Below, piece after piece: positions 43,505 through 52,422 of a stretch of 56,236 nucleotides of DNA (position 1 is its first letter; each line of letters starts with the position of its first letter). Under the pieces are notes generated by a model, which did no database searches, had not been told where the DNA came from, and worked only from the letters and a program-made list of their open reading frames with translations. This stretch comes from Bacteroidales bacterium (GTDB taxonomy: Bacteria; Bacteroidota; Bacteroidia; Bacteroidales; UBA932), in assembly GCA_017631175.1 (NCBI GenBank), contig JAGBTT010000197.1:1-56236 (forward strand), given 5' to 3'. A program made the position numbers and the translations under genes.

Positions 43505-44432
43505 TGTTGAATACGTTATAGAAAGCCTCGAAGTTGCCGTTGGAGTTGTGATCATTGATGACCGCAAAGTAGATATAGTCAAAGAGGCCGGCGAACTCAG
43601 GTTCCGCAATGACCTTCTTGAATATCTCTGCTACATGTTTCGGTGGATTGTGGAATGCGCCGCAGCCGAGAGCACCGAGTATAAGTGCATTCTGACCGTT
43701 TTCATGTGCGATTCTAAGGATGGTTCTCGCCTTGTGAGTCATGTATTCCTCTTCGGCCTGTGTGTATCTTGCCTCGCCGTCTGGCTCAATGACGGTTGCC
43801 GGGTCCTTGTGGGCAGCAATCGCTATGAAGTTGAGCTTCAAAGGTGTCATGAGCTGATATCCTCTATCCTGAGGACCTCTGAACGCAGTGACCCCTCTTG
43901 AGAAGACCGCACCGTAACGCTCATGAAGAGGATATCTGTATTTCGGATGCGGTGTGACGCCATATTCAGCGGCATTTCTTCCGAACTGATACAAAGACCT
44001 ATAGTAGTCCGTGCATCTGAAAAGGTATTCCTCCTGAGCACCCGCTCCGCGGATTACACCGCCGCCCGGAGTGCTGTAGCTTGCGAGATTGAGTACGCAG
44101 ACTTGAAGATCCGGATGACACATCTGAAGATCTCTTGCGAGTTCGAGGCAGTCTGCACCATAGACTGCAACCTCTGTCTTGCGGCCTCTGTCTTCTGTCT
44201 GCACAGGTGCTACAGGCGAGTCGTAGAAGACTGTCTGTGCTTCGATGTCCGGATTGAGCTTGAGGTCGACGTAACCCTCGAAGTTATCCCAACCGCCAGC
44301 CTTGACTCTGGCTACGGTGTCCTTGTATATCTGGACGAGGAGCGGTCCTGTGTACTGTCTTCTTCTGAATTTTGGCATTACCTTGACAGCCTCTTTCCAG
44401 CTGGCAAGCCAGTTTGCATGATCCCAATACAT
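43494..44432 (-). CDS. TIGR02452/DUF2263 microbial PARG-type macrodomain (ADP-ribose glycohydrolase)
   Basis: VLNLAS...PGGG...GAGAQEEYLFR, LILGALGCGAFHNPP..VA. Confidence 0.88.
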   Translation of the reverse strand: MYWDHANWLASWKEAVKVMPKFRRRQYTGPLLVQIYKDTVARVKAGGWDNFEGYVDLKLNPDIEAQTVFYDSPVAPVQTEDRGRKTEVAVYGADCLELARDLQMCHPDLQVCVLNLASYSTPGGGVIRGAGAQEEYLFRCTDYYRSLYQFGRNAAEYGVTPHPKYRYPLHERYGAVFSRGVTAFRGPQDRGYQLMTPLKLNFIAIAAHKDPATVIEPDGEARYTQAEEEYMTHKARTILRIAHENGQNALILGALGCGAFHNPPKHVAEIFKKVIAEPEFAGLFDYIYFAVINDHNSNGNFEAFYNVFNNED

Positions 44433-44601
44433 ATCCTGTGAATTTGTGTGTCGCTAATTTAACAATTAATTCTCAAGATACAGATACTGCAGAAGTGATT
44501 TGTGGTTACACCAGATTGGTGAAACTTTGTTATAATTCTATTTTTATAGAAATATATATTTATATAAAACGCGTATAAATTGCTTGTATTCGTGTTTTAT
44601 A

Positions 44602-45195
44602 TTAAAATACAAGCCTGTTGCCGCACTTGACGACGGTATAGTTGTCATCCACTACGGAACCGTTTGAGAACGCAGTATACTTGCCGGCATGGATGCCAGT
44701 GCTGCTGTGGATGTGTCCGAAAAGGTGAAGTCTCGGGCAGATTTCAAGGACTCTTGCAAGCAGCTCGTCGCTTCCGAAGCCGGTCCTGCCGTTGCTGTCC
44801 ATTATGCCCAGAGGTGGTTCGTGGGTAATCAGCACATCAGTTCCGTCAGGTATCTCTGAATACTTAAGCGGCATGCTGCCTTCCATGACATCCTCCATGA
44901 AGAGCGGAATTCCGTAGAAGGTGATGCCATGAATGGTCACGCCGGAGCAGTCCAGATAATGACAGTTGTCCGGGAGTCCCTCGATTGATTCTCCCCTGAG
45001 GCAGTCGTCATGGTTGCCTGCGACCAGTATCTTGTGACGGTGGGGAAGCTCGATGAACCATTCGAGGAAATCTATGGCTTCCTCTTCGGATCCGGCCATA
45101 GTGAAGTCGCCTGAGTGCACAAGGATGTCCGCCAAGGGGAGTTCCCTCAGCTGATGATGCTTGCCATGTGTGTCTGATATGTGCAGGATTGTCAT
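44602..45195 (-). CDS. Calcineurin-like metallophosphoesterase
   Basis: SDTH, GDFT, GNHD, THEPP, FGHIH. Confidence 0.9.
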   Translation of the reverse strand: MTILHISDTHGKHHQLRELPLADILVHSGDFTMAGSEEEAIDFLEWFIELPHRHKILVAGNHDDCLRGESIEGLPDNCHYLDCSGVTIHGITFYGIPLFMEDVMEGSMPLKYSEIPDGTDVLITHEPPLGIMDSNGRTGFGSDELLARVLEICPRLHLFGHIHSSTGIHAGKYTAFSNGSVVDDNYTVVKCGNRLVF

Positions 45196-45426
45196 CTAGT
45201 CTTCTGTGATTTCTCTTTTGAATGCAGCCGCAACCCAAGAGAAGTTACCTTTGACGGTGCCTGGAACGGGGATGTCAAATTCATTGACTTCATTGCTTAC
45301 TTCCATGGCATAAGGAGCGAACCCTACGAGTTCCCATCCTTCCTGGCCGAGTTCATTCCATTGACGTGTAGTCTCCTCATCGAGTTCCTCAAAATAATGA
45401 AGAACCTTGTATTCAAATCTACGCAT
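45196..45426 (-). CDS. DUF4177-like small protein
   Basis: FEYKV...NELGQEGWELV...FKR. Confidence 0.75.
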   Translation of the reverse strand: MRRFEYKVLHYFEELDEETTRQWNELGQEGWELVGFAPYAMEVSNEVNEFDIPVPGTVKGNFSWVAAAFKREITED

Positions 45427-46087
45427 AGGGGCTAAGTATATTAGTTATTGCTTTCTCAATTCTTTCTATCAGAGGTCCGAAGTGATTCCCTTCATTGTAC
45501 TCGAAGAACACTTCCTTTCCGGCTGCCTTCAGTATTGCGATTACCTTGTCAGTCTCTTCTTGAACTGCAGCGAGCCTCGGGTTCTTTCCGTCCTTCTCCT
45601 TCTCGCCAAGTGAGAAATAGAAACGGTTGGCGGTGGAAGGATGGTTGGCCATCCACTCTGTGAATCCGTCGTACCAGAAGGAACCGGAAACAGATGCGAC
45701 ACCTTCGAAGAGTTCTCTTCTGCATGATGCCCATACTCCGAATAGACCCGATAATGAGACACCGCAGAAGAAACGCTCTACCTTGTTGATTCTCAAGGAA
45801 CTCTCAACATTTACCAAAAGGTCTGCTGCAAGTATGTCGAGGAAGGATTGTGCCTTTCCCGCGAACTCACCGGCCTTCAGTCCCGGTGCCTTCCATGGGG
45901 TCAGATCTGATTCCCAGTCCAGGTTGGATACGACCACCATGTTGGCAGACAAGGCGTCCGCCATACGGTCAAGCCACCCCTTCTCACTATCCTTGAGCTT
46001 CTCGGGAAGCACGATGTAGCAGATGCGGTTTGATTCGTTTGTGGATATGTCCAGATGGACTGAATGGAAGATTCTGGATGTACTCAT
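45419..46087 (-). CDS. Alpha/beta hydrolase (putative esterase)
   Basis: DLTPW, GVSLSGLF, SGSFW, SLGEKE, GNHF. Start 46087; TATCTTTG box at ~46094-46101. Confidence 0.85.
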   Translation of the reverse strand: MSTSRIFHSVHLDISTNESNRICYIVLPEKLKDSEKGWLDRMADALSANMVVVSNLDWESDLTPWKAPGLKAGEFAGKAQSFLDILAADLLVNVESSLRINKVERFFCGVSLSGLFGVWASCRRELFEGVASVSGSFWYDGFTEWMANHPSTANRFYFSLGEKEKDGKNPRLAAVQEETDKVIAILKAAGKEVFFEYNEGNHFGPLIERIEKAITNILSPYA

Positions 46088-46312
46088 AACTACACAAAGA
46101 TAACCAATTTTACCCACAATACAAATCCCCTAAAGTTGAAGCTAATATCGATGATGCAGTGTCTAAATCATTGTCTTCTTGTGAGATAGTGCGGGTAACC
46201 TAAAGTATGGGTGCGGGTGCATAATTTTTGTGGAAGTAAACTAGATAATCAATGATGTCCTACAGATACCTGTAAGCATGATTTTTATTCGAATTTTGAA
46301 AATTTGCAGTAA

Positions 46313-46430
46313 AAAGAAACTAATGTATAGTAAAAGTTATATATTCGCACTGGAACTAGTACTGGACAAGTAGCAAGATGGGCGTTCGTTAAACAAACGC
46401 GAAGTTGCGCACCTCTGGTGCGGGCAGGAA
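46313..46430 (+). promoter_or_regulatory. mob promoter and candidate oriT region
   Basis: Divergent intergenic region upstream of mobA; 17-bp shared box at 46313, TATATTCG at 46340, short IRs (gcgttcgtt/aacaaacgc, cgcacc/ggtgcg). Nick site not identified. Confidence 0.45.
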
Positions 46431-46479
46431 AGCTCCAAAGTCGCCTTCCTTTCCAGTGCATAATATATATATGCGGGCA

Positions 46480-46929
46480 ATGAGCGAGAACAAGGAAAAT
46501 AGATCAAGGTACGTCGGCATCCGGTTTACTGAAAAGGAGTGGGAAACTCTCAGTAACCAGATGAAGAATTATGACTACCTGTCCATATCTCGCTTCATCC
46601 GTGACAAGGTTCTGGATAAGAGAATTAAGATAGACCGCAGTGTTGTGCTGACTGACCGTGTTTTCAGAAATCAGATCAATTCACTCAGCACTATTGTTTC
46701 GAGAATAGGCGTGGACTATAACCAGGCCACCAAGAGGTTCAATTCCCTCGTCAAGCAGAAACGTGCAGACGGCTCCCCAGTGATTAATGCCCGTGCTGCC
46801 AATTATTATCTGCATCAGCTTAAGACCATGACTCAGGAGCTTAAGCAGGCGATGGATCACATCATTGAGATGGTTGCGAATCTCGAACTCAAGCAGACGG
46901 CTCCACAGGAGCAAATCAATAACAATTAA
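46480..46929 (+). CDS. mobA: Ribbon-helix-helix relaxosome accessory protein (MobA/MobC-like)
   Basis: VGIRFTEKEW...SISRFIRDKVL; SRIGVDYNQATK; upstream of the relaxase. Confidence 0.8.
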   Translation: MSENKENRSRYVGIRFTEKEWETLSNQMKNYDYLSISRFIRDKVLDKRIKIDRSVVLTDRVFRNQINSLSTIVSRIGVDYNQATKRFNSLVKQKRADGSPVINARAANYYLHQLKTMTQELKQAMDHIIEMVANLELKQTAPQEQINNN

Positions 46930-46940
46930 AATCAACAACA

Positions 46941-47243
46941 ATGCAAAGAATTGATCTTATCGGAAACCTAGTTGCGGATGCTGAAATCCGTACAGGTAAA
47001 GACGGCAACGAATTCATCTCCTTCAGGGTTGCCGTGAATGACTACCATGGTGAGGAGAAGCGTGCTACCTACTACGATGTCTCTTACCGTAAGTCAGAAG
47101 TCATCAAGCACCTCAAGGCGGGCCTCAGAGTCTTCGTAACAGGCCGTCTCTCCATCAACACAGTCGTCAAGGACGGCAAGACATATCAGAACAACTATGT
47201 GTTTGCTTCGGATCTTGACCTATGGCTGCCTCCAAGAGACTGA
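46941..47243 (+). CDS. ssb: Single-stranded DNA-binding protein (short, no acidic tail)
   Basis: LIGNLVADAE, SFRVAVN, HLKAG..VFVTGRL. Confidence 0.82.
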   Translation: MQRIDLIGNLVADAEIRTGKDGNEFISFRVAVNDYHGEEKRATYYDVSYRKSEVIKHLKAGLRVFVTGRLSINTVVKDGKTYQNNYVFASDLDLWLPPRD

Positions 47244-47280
47244 GACTTCAATGTAGACTTCACTTTCAGGAGGCTCTGAA

Positions 47281-48447
47281 ATGGTGGTGAAGATCATGCA
47301 GCCTGCAAGCTCATCCTGCTTCTCCCTGGAATACAACGAGAAGAAGTGCGCCAGCGGGGAAGCCGAGCTTCTGCACAAGCACGCCATAGACGAGGCTCTG
47401 GGCATAGAGGACACCTTCAGGCTCTATGAGAGACGTAACATCCGCACGGAGAACCTCTCCTTTCACATGTCGATCAATCCTTCGCCGGGAGAGCATCTGT
47501 CAGATGACCAGCTCAAGTCTTTCGTGGGTGAACTGATGGAAGGTCTCGGCTACGGAAACCAGCCGTACGTCGTCTACCGCCATCAGGATATCGACAGGGA
47601 ACATTACCATGTGGTTTCTGTAAGGGTCAACGAGCATGGGCGAAAGATCCATGACTTCCAGGAGAACCGCAGATGTATGCAGCTGCTTGCCCAGCTCGCA
47701 CCAAGGTACGGTCTCTCTGTCGGCAACGGCAACGGACAGGGCTATGGAGCCTTGGGAATCGATCCTCGCCGCTTCAACCCTACCGCAGGCAACATCATGG
47801 AGCAGATAAGGGTCATCGCGGAGGAGTGCTGTAAGTATCATATGACTACGTTCGCACAGTTCCAGCTGATCATGCAGGCCCATGGCCTGGAGGTTCAGGA
47901 ACGCACCGGGAACACTTCGCAGGTGGTCATACGCGGTCTGAATCAGGACGGGATACCCTGCACCGCACCGCTCAGCGAGGCTGAAATCGGCAAGGCTCTC
48001 TACAGGGATTACGAGCAGCGCGCGATGCAGTGCATCGGACGCAGCGGCATCAAGCAGCGCGAAAGAGGACGTATCTGCGGCATATCAGCCTCCTGTCTTG
48101 GGCATTCCACTTCTGAAAGGCATTACCGGAACATGCTTGCCAGGTTCGATATCGATGTGTTCCTGCATCGCACAAGAGAGGGCCGTATTCACGGCGCCAC
48201 ATTCATCGATCATTCCACCAAATGTGCATTCAAGGCATCCGAGCTTGGCTCGTTCAGGCTTGATGACCTGATCGCAGCAGATGAGGGCGGACAGTGGCAG
48301 AAGCACTCTAGACCGGAGCAGAACAGCTCATCGGATACCGAGCTCGGCCTTATCGGAGCCGCACTGGCCGGCATCTCCAAGAGCAGTTCGAAGTCACAGG
48401 AAAAGGACATGAAGGACAAGAAGAAGAAACGCAAACTAAAACGATAG
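47281..48447 (+). CDS. mobB: Relaxase (MOBP-type, Bacteroidetes MobB)
   Basis: LEYNEKK, FHMSINP, YGNQPYVVYRHQDIDREHYHVVS, GRIHGATFIDH. Confidence 0.9.
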   Translation: MVVKIMQPASSSCFSLEYNEKKCASGEAELLHKHAIDEALGIEDTFRLYERRNIRTENLSFHMSINPSPGEHLSDDQLKSFVGELMEGLGYGNQPYVVYRHQDIDREHYHVVSVRVNEHGRKIHDFQENRRCMQLLAQLAPRYGLSVGNGNGQGYGALGIDPRRFNPTAGNIMEQIRVIAEECCKYHMTTFAQFQLIMQAHGLEVQERTGNTSQVVIRGLNQDGIPCTAPLSEAEIGKALYRDYEQRAMQCIGRSGIKQRERGRICGISASCLGHSTSERHYRNMLARFDIDVFLHRTREGRIHGATFIDHSTKCAFKASELGSFRLDDLIAADEGGQWQKHSRPEQNSSSDTELGLIGAALAGISKSSSKSQEKDMKDKKKKRKLKR

Positions 48448-48452
48448 AAGTT

Positions 48453-49028
48453 ATGGACATTTATTTATTCCCAGAAAAGAAGGAAGGAGGGATCGGAAGA
48501 CTGAACGATCCCAGGACCGATGTTGCTATGCTTATGATAGCGCCGTTAGAGGACTACGGTGAGATGTTGGCTGCGCTGGATATCTGCAGCACCAATGTCT
48601 ATCATCAGACAAGGTATATCCAGCGGGTTCTGAAGCATATGTGGACGATCTATACCAAGGACCTTAAGACATACAAGGGACCTGAAATGCTGCTCCTGTA
48701 CGCCAACAGGGATTCGCTCATGAATCTCGCAAAGGAGCTGGATATCGATCCGTATACCACCCTCATGGATGATATCGAGGAGATGAGAAAGGTCAGAAAT
48801 GAGTTAAGGTGTGTCCTCCATATAACGGAGCCGTGTGACTGCAGCAATCCGAAGAGGCTGGACTACATGAACATCCTCCCGGCATGCTTTACGGCGATCA
48901 TTGACAACGCAATCCCTAGGAGGAGGCTATACAAGGTCATCCATGATGCGGTTCTGGACGAGCAGATGCTGGAGATCATGAATGACTTCAGTTTGTGTTT
49001 CAGAAGTGTTCGTGACCAGGATGAATAA
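48453..49028 (+). CDS. Hypothetical protein in the mob operon
   Basis: 191-aa ORF tightly packed after the relaxase. Confidence 0.7.
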   Translation: MDIYLFPEKKEGGIGRLNDPRTDVAMLMIAPLEDYGEMLAALDICSTNVYHQTRYIQRVLKHMWTIYTKDLKTYKGPEMLLLYANRDSLMNLAKELDIDPYTTLMDDIEEMRKVRNELRCVLHITEPCDCSNPKRLDYMNILPACFTAIIDNAIPRRRLYKVIHDAVLDEQMLEIMNDFSLCFRSVRDQDE

Positions 49029-49410
49029 GGTTGTCATCAGATGGAATAGCGCCTACTATGGAGTGGAAGTGCAGACTGACAGAAAACGCTTCGTCATCTC
49101 CGGAATGCCCAATATGGTCGGACGGCTCGATGCTGCGGTGAAGTGCTGCGAGACCATGGGCCACTGGCGCCTGCCTGTCTTCGGAGAGATGGACATCATC
49201 GCTGCCAACCTGCAGCAGATCAATGCGGTCATGCAGCAGAACGGAGGTCATCGCATGGACCAGGAAAGCGTTCTCTGGCTCAATGGAGACTACGGGCATT
49301 CGACAGCTCTCAAGAGAGACGAAGGGCTGTGCTATATACTCCAGCTCCGCAAGGACACCCTGTCCGAATGGTGGTGCAGGAGGGAGATAAGACTGGTGAT
49401 GTCCTTATAG
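49021..49410 (+). CDS. Small DUF1566/C-type-lectin-fold-like protein, paralog A
   Basis: WRLPV.GEM..I..N...IN..M..NGG...LW; C-terminal IRLV. Start 49021. Confidence 0.55.
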   Translation: MNKVVIRWNSAYYGVEVQTDRKRFVISGMPNMVGRLDAAVKCCETMGHWRLPVFGEMDIIAANLQQINAVMQQNGGHRMDQESVLWLNGDYGHSTALKRDEGLCYILQLRKDTLSEWWCRREIRLVMSL

Positions 49411-49473
49411 AGGTCATCCGGCTTAAAGTAAAGTTAATTAAGTAGTTAGTAGTGTATTTTCAATTTAGGGACA

Positions 49474-49869
49474 ATGGCAAAGGTTAGAATGTCATCTTGG
49501 AACAGTATCTATCGCGGAGTGGAGATCAACTGCGAGGATGCGCACATCATCGTATCGTCAAATCCGGCCAGGTCGGCCAAGCTCGACGCGATTCTCAGGG
49601 TCGAGAGCAGCGGAAGCGGATGGCGTCTCCCGACAGAGAAGGAGGCGCAGGTCATCAGGAGGTTTCTTCAGCCGATCAACGAACTGATGAGGAAGAACGG
49701 CGGACATGAACTTAACAGAAAGGGGACCATCTGGCTGCATGGAAAGTACGGGTCGCCTGACATGCTGGGATCTGTGCAGGGCCGTATCTTCTCTCTTCGT
49801 TTCGGCATCTGTTGCTGGAACTGGTGGTGGATAGAAAGGGATTACATCTTGATCCGTACTGTCGACTAA
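49474..49869 (+). CDS. Small DUF1566/C-type-lectin-fold-like protein, paralog B
   Basis: GWRLPTEKE...IN..M..NGG...IW; C-terminal IRTV. Confidence 0.55.
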   Translation: MAKVRMSSWNSIYRGVEINCEDAHIIVSSNPARSAKLDAILRVESSGSGWRLPTEKEAQVIRRFLQPINELMRKNGGHELNRKGTIWLHGKYGSPDMLGSVQGRIFSLRFGICCWNWWWIERDYILIRTVD

Positions 49870-49878
49870 ACCATCTCT

Positions 49879-52002
49879 ATGGCTCACAGAAGTGAGTATG
49901 ACAAGTATTACAGTGCGATGACTCTGGTGGGATGCCTGCTGGTGATCGTCAATCTGTACTATTATGTCCATCCTCTCCTGTCCCAGCATGGGCTGACGGC
50001 GGAGATTGCCGACCTGATCGTGAGGAAATTGCGGTCAGGCGGAGTCTTCGTCACGCCCTATAGGACCAAGCTGATCGGTATGGCTCTTATTGCAGCCGGA
50101 CTGGTCACACAGACTGGAAAGGGAACTGCCGTTGGATGGATTACGGTCATCGTTGCAGCCGTTCTTGGAGCCGGACTCTATCTCTTTCCGTTCTTCTCTC
50201 CTCTTTTCTACCTGGTCACTACCTGCGTCGGAGCATTCGTCTTCGGATGGGCCATAGCTACTGCCGGGCGTAAGTTCAGTGCCTTCAATGAGGCTATAAA
50301 CGACAGGAACGAGACCTTCAGCCAGTGCAGGAAACTGATGAAGACCAAGGACTCCATCAACATCCCTATGAAGTTCCAGTATCGTTACCGCTGGAGGAAA
50401 GGATGGATCAATGTCATCAATCCCTACAGGGCCACGATGGTTCTTGGTACGCCAGGATCTGGTAAATCATTCTCTGTATACGGCCCGTTCATCGAGCAGA
50501 TGATAGCCAAGGGATACTCGATGTTCGTGTATGACTACAAGTTTCCGGACCTTACTGAAGTAGTTTATAATGAATATCTTGGCAATATCAATAACTATGA
50601 CGTGCTGCCGGAGTTCTGCGTGATCAACTTCAATGATCCGACCAAGTCCCTGCGATGCAATCCTCTGAATCCGCTGTACATCAAGGATCCTGCAGATACG
50701 ACGGAGATTGCGGACTTGGTGATGCTCAATGTCAACAAGGCAGCTGTGGAGAAGGAGGACTTCTTCACTCTCTCGGCCAAGGTCTATCTGGATGCTCTCA
50801 TCTGGTTTCTCAAGATATACGAGGACGGCAGGTACTGCACCTTCCCGCATGTCATTGAGCTCATGGCTCAGGACTATAAGAAGGTCTTCTCTATCCTGTC
50901 ACGCTATCCGGAGCTTGAGGCTAAGATCAAGCCGTTCGCCAACGCATTGGAAGGTGGAGCGCAGGACCAGCTTCAGGGACAGATTGCCAGTGCCCAGATT
51001 CCACTCAACAAGTTCGTCTCTCCTAGTCTTTACTGGGTTCTCACAGGTGATGACTTTACCCTGGATATCAATGATCCTAAACACCCAAAGATACTCTGTG
51101 TGGGTAATGATCCGGACAGGCAGGCCATCTACGGTACGACCTTGGCTCTGTTTACCTCCAGGATGTTCAAGCTCATCAACCACAAGGGTAAACGCAAGTG
51201 CGGAGTCCTTCTGGATGAGCTTCCTACCATCTTCCTGAAGGGCTTGGATAACCTCATAGCCACTGCCAGATCCAACCTGGTAGCCATCGTCCTGGGAGCT
51301 CAGGACAAGAGCCAGCTCAAGCGTGACTACGGCGAGAAGGAGTCCGAGGTTATCTTCAATACCGTCGGAAATATCTTCGCTGGACAGGTCAACGGAAAGA
51401 CTGCGGAAGACCTCAGCAAGTCGTTCGGAAAGGAGTTCAGAAAGCGTGAAAGCCAGACCAGGGGTATAGAGCAGGACTCGGTGAATATCTCCTTTCAACA
51501 TGAGGAACTCCTGCCGCTTAGTACCATCGAGACTCTGTCGCAGGGTGTCTTCTTTGGTAAGGTGGCTGATAACAATGATTCAAAGATCAAGGAGAAGTTC
51601 TTCTGCGGAGAGATCCAGAGGAACTTGGATGAACTCAAGAAGAAACGTAAAAGGTGGCAGGGGATACCGAAGTTCACTGACTTCGGAGAGGATGAAGCCA
51701 GGGATGCGGTCTACAACGATCCGGACGGAACGTTGGTTGAGTACTTCGTAAATGACCTGCGCAAGGGAGTCGTGATTTATGATTCGGAAGATATTAAGAT
51801 AGAGGCTGTCAGACTGCGTGATTCTCTGTCGGAGGCTGAACGGGATGAACTGCTGGAGAGCATTGCCAAGGAGCGCGCTGATAAGATTGTCAGAGAGATT
51901 ATCGAGAGTAATTTCAAGAAGATTCAGGCAGAAGTGAAGGCTATCATCGACCGTGAATGCCAGCAGCCACAGGACATCAGAATGGTGGATCCGTTTGCCT
52001 GA
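49879..52002 (+). CDS. mobC: Type IV coupling protein (Bacteroidetes MobC, YWFCY-type, TraG/VirD4 ATPase)
   Basis: N-terminal TM helices (NLYYYVH), GWINVINPYRATMVLGTPGSGKS, YDYKFPDL, LDELPT, IATARSN. Confidence 0.92.
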   Translation: MAHRSEYDKYYSAMTLVGCLLVIVNLYYYVHPLLSQHGLTAEIADLIVRKLRSGGVFVTPYRTKLIGMALIAAGLVTQTGKGTAVGWITVIVAAVLGAGLYLFPFFSPLFYLVTTCVGAFVFGWAIATAGRKFSAFNEAINDRNETFSQCRKLMKTKDSINIPMKFQYRYRWRKGWINVINPYRATMVLGTPGSGKSFSVYGPFIEQMIAKGYSMFVYDYKFPDLTEVVYNEYLGNINNYDVLPEFCVINFNDPTKSLRCNPLNPLYIKDPADTTEIADLVMLNVNKAAVEKEDFFTLSAKVYLDALIWFLKIYEDGRYCTFPHVIELMAQDYKKVFSILSRYPELEAKIKPFANALEGGAQDQLQGQIASAQIPLNKFVSPSLYWVLTGDDFTLDINDPKHPKILCVGNDPDRQAIYGTTLALFTSRMFKLINHKGKRKCGVLLDELPTIFLKGLDNLIATARSNLVAIVLGAQDKSQLKRDYGEKESEVIFNTVGNIFAGQVNGKTAEDLSKSFGKEFRKRESQTRGIEQDSVNISFQHEELLPLSTIETLSQGVFFGKVADNNDSKIKEKFFCGEIQRNLDELKKKRKRWQGIPKFTDFGEDEARDAVYNDPDGTLVEYFVNDLRKGVVIYDSEDIKIEAVRLRDSLSEAERDELLESIAKERADKIVREIIESNFKKIQAEVKAIIDRECQQPQDIRMVDPFA

Positions 52003-52077
52003 TTGGGTAGCCTCCGTTGTGGCCATTTTAAATAATATCGCTATCTTTATCACAGTTTACGAAATACTGTTGGATGT

Positions 52078-52398
52078 ATGGCTATGTTAGAGGAATTGCG
52101 TAACCAGCTGCAGGAGTCTCTGAGTGATCCGGAGTTTGTTTTTACATGCTGTGGAGTGAAATTCGGAGCGCTATATGAGTTCAGGCAGCATGTGTTTCAG
52201 CATCATCGTGATATTTACGATGGTGTCTTTGCTGGTTTCCATAGAGAGGTCCCTGTTCCGACAGTTCCGCCTCGCTGTCCTCAAAGGAAAAGGCCGGGTT
52301 ATAAGCGTAAGATTAAGGGAACGAAAACCACATTGTCCCCATATAAGACTAACCGCCCTCCTATTTCTACTCCTATGGGTGGTGCAGTGAAAAAGTGA
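52078..52398 (+). CDS. Small hypothetical protein with a C2H2-like zinc motif and basic tail
   Basis: CCGVKF..LYEFRQHVFQHH. Confidence 0.6.
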   Translation: MAMLEELRNQLQESLSDPEFVFTCCGVKFGALYEFRQHVFQHHRDIYDGVFAGFHREVPVPTVPPRCPQRKRPGYKRKIKGTKTTLSPYKTNRPPISTPMGGAVKK

Positions 52399-52422
52399 TC
52401 GAGACGAATTTAAAGTGGAACT

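Noticed and set aside
16099-49869. Diversity-generating retroelement acting on pilins or CLec-like genes
   Set aside because: No reverse transcriptase ORF and no TR/VR pair differing at adenines was seen in the window.
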